From IMG/VR virus record IMGVR_UViG_3300030102_006261, positions 32,001-96,000 of that record: a DNA stretch of 64,000 bases; one strand, given 5' to 3'. Below the pieces are notes generated by a model. That model made no database searches and was not told where the DNA came from. It was given only the letters and a program-made list of their open reading frames with translations. Source of the DNA: a virus. The first letter of the stretch is position 1, and every line of letters begins with the position of its first letter. The position numbers and the translations under genes are program-made. Of this stretch, positions 57,794 to 64,000 are shown in pieces.

Positions 57794-59196
57794 TGGGTAA
57801 AGAAACAATTGCATTTCCAACAACAGGATTAGTCACGAATGTGAGTAAGCACACCATCGGTACCAAGTCGTGGGTGTGGAATGGTTCTGCGTGGGATAAA
57901 GACGAACATGGGCACAGTGGAAATAATGTTGTTGATTCTTTCAACGGTCAAACTGGTGATGTGACAGGTGTTGGTTCATTTGATGGTTTGACTGGTAGTG
58001 TTCTTGCACGGAACATATTACCACACATTCACCTAGCAGGTATCTCCTCCGATGGTGGAGCAACCTTTGGTGGTATCGTCAACCACAGTGGTGACGTTAA
58101 TATTACAGGTGCATTGGACGTAACTGGTAACTCCCACCTCATTGGTGGTATATCTGCTGACAGGGGAGCAACACTCAGTGAAATTACTATCGTGGCCGGT
58201 AGTGGTATTAAGAACACGAATGATGCACCTAACCTAGCAGTCAAATTCGAAACCGGCAAAGTAACATTGGGTGACGCCTCGGGTAGTGATGATAACACAA
58301 CAGTTGTGGTTGATGATGGGAATACAACAATTGAATTGAACTCCCCCACTGTCACAGTCAGTGAGGACATCGTTCATTCTGGTGACACGAATACTAAACT
58401 CACATTCAACACAGATCAGATTAAAACTGATGCTGGTGGAAACACAATAATAGAAGTGAACGCTGGTGATTTCAAAGTCCTTACTGGTATATCCGCAGCA
58501 GCAGGGGCCACGTTCGCAGGGTTGGTAGAGTCGAGTGGTATATCGTGTGGTACGTCCACAGTCGGATCGGTTACTATTGGTGGTGGTGTCATGGTAGGTA
58601 CAGCAACTGTCGCTCTTTTGGCAAACACCGCAACAGCAGCGACTACTGCAACTAACGTTAGTATATCAGCAGTGGATGATGATACACAATATAGAATTCC
58701 TTTTGCAGCAGGTGCAGCAGCAGGAACAGTCGCTCTTGGATTAAAGAGTGACAGTGGTAACACATCTGAAGGGCTGTTCTTCCGCCCTGACATCGCAACA
58801 CTCACAACCGGAACTGTGCAAGCTCTTGGTGTAACTTTAGGTGACAGAGGAATTACGTTTGCTGATGGAACTGGTATTGTCACCGCCACGAGAACTGATT
58901 CATACACTGGACAAATCGAAACTGTATCGGACAAAACATATATCATCGATCCCTCTGCCGCCACTGACAGAACAATTACCGGGTATTATATCAAATCTGG
59001 TGCTGGTACGGTAACAGCAACTCTGAAAAACGCAAACGACACAGTTAAGGCTGCTAGTGTTGCGACTACAAGCGGTGATCAAAGTTCTTTGGCTAATACC
59101 TCCGTGTCCGCAGGTGCAACCATGAGTATTGTTACGTCCAGTAATTCGTCTGCAACTGATGTCGTGTTCAGCGTGGAGTATACTACAATATCATGA
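57793..59196 (+). CDS. Fibre-like structural protein
   Basis: N-terminal FP....W.WNG.AW, V.SFNGQTG trimer motif, repeated GIS...GAT(F/L), Ala/Thr-rich; TAATG coupling to the collagen gene. Confidence 0.65.
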   Translation: MGKETIAFPTTGLVTNVSKHTIGTKSWVWNGSAWDKDEHGHSGNNVVDSFNGQTGDVTGVGSFDGLTGSVLARNILPHIHLAGISSDGGATFGGIVNHSGDVNITGALDVTGNSHLIGGISADRGATLSEITIVAGSGIKNTNDAPNLAVKFETGKVTLGDASGSDDNTTVVVDDGNTTIELNSPTVTVSEDIVHSGDTNTKLTFNTDQIKTDAGGNTIIEVNAGDFKVLTGISAAAGATFAGLVESSGISCGTSTVGSVTIGGGVMVGTATVALLANTATAATTATNVSISAVDDDTQYRIPFAAGAAAGTVALGLKSDSGNTSEGLFFRPDIATLTTGTVQALGVTLGDRGITFADGTGIVTATRTDSYTGQIETVSDKTYIIDPSAATDRTITGYYIKSGAGTVTATLKNANDTVKAASVATTSGDQSSLANTSVSAGATMSIVTSSNSSATDVVFSVEYTTIS

Positions 59197-59654
59197 GCCC
59201 CAAATGGTTATTTTTTCCTGCACCAGCACCAGATCAATACATCTATACATTCAATACTGATAGATCAGTTGTTCGCGGTTCCGCATCACCCACCGCCAGG
59301 AAGCAAACAGCAGTCGGTACAGAAAGTGGAACTCTAGTGGATCAATTCGCTCCATTTGCTACCAACACTCAAATACAGTTGTCGATCCCAAACAGAATTA
59401 CATTTAAAGTTCAGAGTAACGATACGTCTACGCCGGGGTTTGAAAACACCACGAACATAGCAAACAATATAACGGCTTGCACTCTTACTGTGGGAGGTAA
59501 TACGTTTACTCCAGAGTCGATAACAATAGGCGGGAATAACACCAAACCACAATTTCAAATGAACACCACTGATGGCTCCGCTAGTACATTTTATAGTGAC
59601 AACAACCTTGATGACACTGACAACATAGATATTGTCATGACACTAACATTCTAA
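59193..59654 (+). CDS. Hypothetical protein (fibre-associated, beta-rich)
   Basis: ATGA overlap with the upstream fibre; Thr/Asn-rich. Confidence 0.55.
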   Translation: MSPKWLFFPAPAPDQYIYTFNTDRSVVRGSASPTARKQTAVGTESGTLVDQFAPFATNTQIQLSIPNRITFKVQSNDTSTPGFENTTNIANNITACTLTVGGNTFTPESITIGGNNTKPQFQMNTTDGSASTFYSDNNLDDTDNIDIVMTLTF

Positions 59655-59665
59655 AGGTAGATAAG

Positions 59666-60190
59666 ATGACAGAAATTAGATACGAAGTGAATGTTCCAAA
59701 TGGGGTCTCTGGTAACTTTAAGGTGGTTGGTGGGGACGAGACAGTTCTCTACCAAAACATCGGTGATAAGTGGATGAACATAATGGATGACAGTGAACTT
59801 GAAGCAGAACAAGCGACCGCATTTCTGTCTGCTGCAACTGGTGATGTTTTACTCGCTGGACTGGGGTTGGGTATGGTCTTACAGCCGCTGATCGATAATC
59901 GAAATGTGACGAGTATTACCATCATAGAAAAATATCAAGAAGTCATTGATTTGGTTTCGCCTCATGTTGTTTCCTCGAAGACAATTAATATTATAAATGA
60001 TGATATCTATACTTGGACACCAGACAAAAATTATGATGTGGCGTGGTTTGACTCTTACGTCTACCCACAGGATGGTGATGAGCCTCTTGGGGATTATCTT
60101 ATTGACATGACAAACAAATATAGAACAGTTGTTGGATCAGCATATTTTTGGCCCGGTGGTTCCGTAATCACTGGCCATCGTGCTTGGTAA
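59666..60190 (+). CDS. Class I SAM-dependent methyltransferase (spermidine-synthase-like fold)
   Basis: GDVLLAGLGLG, IIEK..EVIDLV, D.YTW, YDVAWFD. Confidence 0.75.
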   Translation: MTEIRYEVNVPNGVSGNFKVVGGDETVLYQNIGDKWMNIMDDSELEAEQATAFLSAATGDVLLAGLGLGMVLQPLIDNRNVTSITIIEKYQEVIDLVSPHVVSSKTINIINDDIYTWTPDKNYDVAWFDSYVYPQDGDEPLGDYLIDMTNKYRTVVGSAYFWPGGSVITGHRAW

Positions 60191-60197
60191 AATATAC

Positions 60198-60225
60198 TTG
60201 ACTTTTGATACGAGAATGCTATTAT
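60198..60225 (+). promoter_or_regulatory. Sigma70-type promoter for the dUTPase-polymerase operon (leaderless geometry)
   Basis: TTGACT-N16-TATTAT with extended TGn, then 6 nt to the ATG at 60232; no SD. Confidence 0.65.
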
Positions 60226-60231
60226 AACTAC

Positions 60232-60786
60232 ATGCAAATACACAAACTTTATCCTAACGTAATCGTGCCCAAGCGACAGACGGATCTTTCGGCTTGCTAC
60301 GATATTCACGCACATCTAAGAAGCGGTGTTATCTCGGAGGACAGAACACCTGAATTCAGAAAGATCAAAATGATTGATCGAATGAATCATGCAATTGAAA
60401 TTATGCCGGAAACCACATGGGATAGTGATATGCCACACACTACCATTACAATTCCAGCTAATACTCGTGCGCTGATTCCCACAGGTATCATCTTCGATGT
60501 TGAACCAGAATATTCAATTCGTATGCATCCAAGATCAGGTCTATCTTGGAAGCATGGTGTTACCATGATCAATTGTGAGGGTGTGATCGATGCAGATTAC
60601 AGTGAAGAAGTCTTTATCCCACTGTTTAACGTGTCTGAGGCACCATACACAATTGAACACGGAGATAGGATTGCACAGTTTGAAATTGTTCGATATTATG
60701 ATACAGTTACGTATCTTACTGTAACTGAAGCAGAAGCAAAGAGAAAAACAAATCGAGTCGGCGGATTCGGATCAACAGGAGTATAA
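60232..60786 (+). CDS. dut: Trimeric dUTPase
   Basis: SACYDI, IPTG, PRSGLS, GVIDADY, GDRIAQ, R.GGFGSTG; promoter geometry supports the 60232 start. Confidence 0.93.
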   Translation: MQIHKLYPNVIVPKRQTDLSACYDIHAHLRSGVISEDRTPEFRKIKMIDRMNHAIEIMPETTWDSDMPHTTITIPANTRALIPTGIIFDVEPEYSIRMHPRSGLSWKHGVTMINCEGVIDADYSEEVFIPLFNVSEAPYTIEHGDRIAQFEIVRYYDTVTYLTVTEAEAKRKTNRVGGFGSTGV

Positions 60787-60789
60787 ATT

Positions 60790-61284
60790 ATGAATCGCGA
60801 TGAGTTACTGAAGTTTCACGCATCGGTGTGTGAAGACGCTAGAAATCTTATGAAGCTTAAGAATCGTGACTATGCTGGGAACGGTGGAACAGAGCCTTTT
60901 GCTAATTTTACTAGGTGTGAAGCGATGGGTGTATGTCAGACTGAAGCTGGTATTCTTGTTCGGGTAATCGATAAGATTAGTCGAATGAGTTCTTTTCTTG
61001 AATCTGGTAAGATGCATGTCGAAGATGAGAGTTTTTATGACGCGATGATTGATGTTGTAAACTACATGGTTCTTCTTGGTGCTTATGTGCAAGACAAGGA
61101 TAAATCAGCAAATGCCGAGACGCTTCCCGGTAGTCTGGTGAAAAATTGGTCTTATGGTGAGGAGGATCTAACTCCAAAGGAAGTAGTGTCTACCATGGAC
61201 ACACACCTTAGTTCTACAGTATCGATGTATGACGAAGAGACTAAAGATTTACCAAGAGAAACCATTTTTCATCACCAAGTTTAA
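60790..61284 (+). CDS. DUF1599/Nmad1-like all-alpha nucleotide-modification-associated protein
   Basis: KN.DYA, F.NF, G..VR..DK.SR and ES..D...D..NY motifs. Confidence 0.65.
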   Translation: MNRDELLKFHASVCEDARNLMKLKNRDYAGNGGTEPFANFTRCEAMGVCQTEAGILVRVIDKISRMSSFLESGKMHVEDESFYDAMIDVVNYMVLLGAYVQDKDKSANAETLPGSLVKNWSYGEEDLTPKEVVSTMDTHLSSTVSMYDEETKDLPRETIFHHQV

Positions 61285-61286
61285 AT

Positions 61287-63809
61287 ATGCAAAATTTTTA
61301 TACTAATGTTTCGCTAGTTGGGGATGGTATTCTCTATCGGGCGGTGGAGAACGGTGTATCCGTGAAGAGAGTTGTCAAGTATCAACCAACTCTCTTTGTT
61401 CCATCCAATAAAGAAACTAAATTCAAAACTCTTGATGGAAAGTTTGTTGAACCAATAAATCCTGGTCATATTTCCGATTGTCGTGAGTTTGTAAACAAGT
61501 ACAAAGATATTCCTAATTTTAATATTCATGGCAACACAGACTACGTTTATCAGTACATTGGTGACGAATTCGCAGATGAGGTTGACTATGATATGAATAA
61601 GATCGTAGTCGCTCATATCGATATCGAAACTCAATGTGAGCACGGGTTCCCCCAAGTCGATGATCCTCAAGAGGAAGTGATTGGTATTACACTTTCTGTT
61701 AATCGTAAAAAGTATGTTTTAGGATTGGGTGATTTTAACATTGATGGTGTTGATTGTAGAAACTATGAACACGAGGAAGATCTTCTTGCCGACTTCTTAG
61801 ATATTTGGAAGAGTGAACACCCAGACATCGTGACTGGTTGGAACATTAAGTTCTTTGATATTCCATACCTTGTCCAGAGAATGAACAAACTTCTTTCCCC
61901 GATGGAAACATCTAATCTATCACCTTGGAAAAAGATTCGTGAAAAATTTATTGAGAGATCAAGTAAAAAGCATCGAACATTTCAAATTCTTGGTGTGTCT
62001 ATCCTTGATTATCTGGATTTGTATAAAACATTCACATATACAAATCAGGAGTCATATAGACTTGATCATATTGCTTTTGTTGAACTTGGAGAACGAAAGT
62101 TGGATTATGGTCAATATGAGACTATTCGAGATTTTTATCGAAATGATTTTCAGAAGTTTATGGAATATAATGTTCGAGATGTTGAACTGATTGAAATGCT
62201 CGAAGATAAGATGAAACTCCTAGAACTCGCACTTGCACTCGCCTATTCTGCAAAGGTCAATTATGAGGATGTCTTCTCACAAGTGCGAACTTGGGATCAA
62301 ATTATCTACCACCACCTGAGAAAGGATAATATCGTAATCCCACCCAAGAAGGGTGGTAAGAAAGATGAGCAGTACGTTGGAGCATATGTTAAGGATCCGA
62401 TCACGGGTATGCATGACTGGATTGTTTCTTTTGACTTGAATAGTCTGTACCCTCACCTAATCATGCAGTATAACATCAGCCCGGAAACTATGATCCATCA
62501 AATGCAGGATCATATTATCACACCCAATGCTATTCTTGGTGAGCAATCCAACCATTTGAAGCAAGCGTTAAAAAAGCACACCGATAAAAATTATTCGGTG
62601 GCGGCAAACGGTACTTGTTACAGCCGAGATACTCGTGGGTTCCTTCCAAAGCTTATGTCTAAGATGTATGACGAACGTAAAGCGTACAAGAAGAAGATGA
62701 TCGAGTGTCAGAAACAAAAAGAAAAAGATCCCAGCAATAAGAAGCTCGACTTTGAGATTGCAAAATACAATAACTTCCAGATGGTTCGTAAGATTCAATT
62801 GAACTCAGCTTATGGTGCAATCGGAAATCAGTACTTCCGGTATTACGCCACTGATATGGCTGAAGCAATTACAACTTCTGGTCAATTAAGCATTCGGTGG
62901 ATCGCGGACAAACTCAATGAATTTTTAAATTCTACTGTTGGAACAGACGGATACGATTATGTTGTTGCATCAGATACAGATTCAGTTTATATTCGTCTTG
63001 GTAAATTGGTGGATAAGTTTTTAGATAAAGACTCTGTTGACACGGATAGAATTATTAAATTCTTGGATGACAGTTCTGAAAAAATCATTCAACCTTTCAT
63101 TGACAAGCAATATGACGAACTATGTAAAATGATGAACGCATATGAAAACAAAATGCAGATGGGTAGGGAGGTTATTGCGGAGAGAGGTGTTTGGACCGCC
63201 AAGAAACGATATGCTCTTAACGTTTGGGACTCTGAAGGTGTTCGTTACGAGAGTCCAAAACTCAAGATCATGGGGATTGAAACCACTAGAAGTTCAACTC
63301 CGGCAGTTGTGAGACAAAAACTAAAAGAGGCAATCCGTCTTATTCTAACCACGGATGAAAAGTCTATACAAAATTTTGTGCATGATTTCCATGAATACTT
63401 CTTTGCTCTAGATCCAGATGAAATCGCCTTCCCTCGAAGTGTTTCTAATCTGGAGAAGTACTCTTCTTCTTCTGACATCTACAAAAAGGCTACACCAATC
63501 GCAGTTAAGGGATCACTAATTTACAATCATTTCATAGAGGGTAAAAACTTATCATCCAAGTATGAAAAAATTCAAGAGGGTGATAAAATTAAGTTCATCT
63601 ATCTAAAAGAACCAAATCCAATTGGTGGTGGTAGAGGTGATAAGGTAATATCTTTCCCAACAAAATTACCAAAAGAACTAGATTTACACAGGTTTGTAGA
63701 TTATGATAAGCAATTCAACACGAGTTTCTTGGATCCACTTGAGAATATTCTAAATGTGGTTGATTGGAAGTCCAAACAGGAAGCTTCTTTGGAGGATTTT
63801 TTCTCATGA
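61287..63809 (+). CDS. gp43: Family B DNA polymerase gp43
   Basis: Exonuclease DIET, GWN...FD.PY, YN..D; polymerase SFDLNSLYP, KI.LNS.YG, SDTDS, KKRY. Confidence 0.98.
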   Translation: MQNFYTNVSLVGDGILYRAVENGVSVKRVVKYQPTLFVPSNKETKFKTLDGKFVEPINPGHISDCREFVNKYKDIPNFNIHGNTDYVYQYIGDEFADEVDYDMNKIVVAHIDIETQCEHGFPQVDDPQEEVIGITLSVNRKKYVLGLGDFNIDGVDCRNYEHEEDLLADFLDIWKSEHPDIVTGWNIKFFDIPYLVQRMNKLLSPMETSNLSPWKKIREKFIERSSKKHRTFQILGVSILDYLDLYKTFTYTNQESYRLDHIAFVELGERKLDYGQYETIRDFYRNDFQKFMEYNVRDVELIEMLEDKMKLLELALALAYSAKVNYEDVFSQVRTWDQIIYHHLRKDNIVIPPKKGGKKDEQYVGAYVKDPITGMHDWIVSFDLNSLYPHLIMQYNISPETMIHQMQDHIITPNAILGEQSNHLKQALKKHTDKNYSVAANGTCYSRDTRGFLPKLMSKMYDERKAYKKKMIECQKQKEKDPSNKKLDFEIAKYNNFQMVRKIQLNSAYGAIGNQYFRYYATDMAEAITTSGQLSIRWIADKLNEFLNSTVGTDGYDYVVASDTDSVYIRLGKLVDKFLDKDSVDTDRIIKFLDDSSEKIIQPFIDKQYDELCKMMNAYENKMQMGREVIAERGVWTAKKRYALNVWDSEGVRYESPKLKIMGIETTRSSTPAVVRQKLKEAIRLILTTDEKSIQNFVHDFHEYFFALDPDEIAFPRSVSNLEKYSSSSDIYKKATPIAVKGSLIYNHFIEGKNLSSKYEKIQEGDKIKFIYLKEPNPIGGGRGDKVISFPTKLPKELDLHRFVDYDKQFNTSFLDPLENILNVVDWKSKQEASLEDFFS

Positions 63810-63997
63810 AAATAGAGATTACATCGCAAGAATTGGAAAAGATGAAAAGTGTGATAGATAAATTATACCAAAATTACAGTGAACAAATTAGACAAGCTTA
63901 CGCAGATGAAAACACACCGATAAAAGAAATAAATCGACTTAATGGTGAGAGAGATGATCTCAAGCCAATTTTAGAGATGCTTAAAAGACATAGATAG
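63806..63997 (+). CDS. Small hypothetical protein
   Basis: GGAGG SD and ATGA overlap with the gp43 stop. Confidence 0.5.
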   Translation: MKIEITSQELEKMKSVIDKLYQNYSEQIRQAYADENTPIKEINRLNGERDDLKPILEMLKRHR

Positions 63998-64000
63998 GAG

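Noticed and set aside
60205-60231. N-terminal extension of dUTPase given in the ORF track
   Set aside because: It lies within the promoter; the ATG at 60232 fits better.
14139-63809. Inteins, introns or homing endonucleases in gp17, gp20, uvsW, gp46 or gp43
   Set aside because: All are normal length with continuous motifs; no LAGLIDADG, HNH, GIY-YIG or splicing motifs seen.
1-64000. Stop-codon reassignment, tRNA genes or a diversity-generating retroelement
   Set aside because: Core genes are intact in the standard code and end in TAA, TAG or TGA; intergenic gaps are short with no cloverleaf; no reverse transcriptase or template/variable repeat pair seen.

Overview
A dense, almost entirely plus-strand 64-kb segment of a divergent T4-like (myovirus) bacteriophage genome. 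It has four parts. (1) 1-24.1 kb is virion morphogenesis: baseplate gp6/gp7/gp8-like genes, DUF4815-like paralogs, fibres, neck gp13-15, terminase gp16/17, sheath, tube, portal, prohead core/protease/scaffold, major capsid gp23 and gp3. (2) 24.1-36.4 kb is recombination, late transcription and replication: uvsY, uvsW, gp55, gp47/46, an inserted PLP-enzyme plus DNA-methyltransferase pair, gp45, gp44, groES, gp62 and regA. (3) 36.4-56.6 kb is a roughly 20-kb, 21-gene glycan island: about 12 glycosyltransferase-like genes, a sulfotransferase, a methyltransferase, two formyltransferases and nucleotide-sugar enzymes, ending in a GT2-TPR protein-glycosyltransferase-like gene. A collagen-like protein, a fibre and a methyltransferase follow (56.6-60.2 kb). 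(4) 60.2-64 kb holds dUTPase, a DUF1599/Nmad1-like gene and DNA polymerase gp43. No tRNA, rRNA, CRISPR array, intron, intein or transposon was seen. The most interesting inferred system is phage-encoded virion O-glycosylation: many structural proteins carry G-x-T-(G/A) motifs like the glycosylated Thr context of BclA collagens, and these could be acceptors for the island. Other notable points are sigma70-type promoters with a uniform 16-bp spacer (several apparently leaderless) and a possible DNA hypermodification cassette. All family assignments come from motif recognition by eye; no database search was run.
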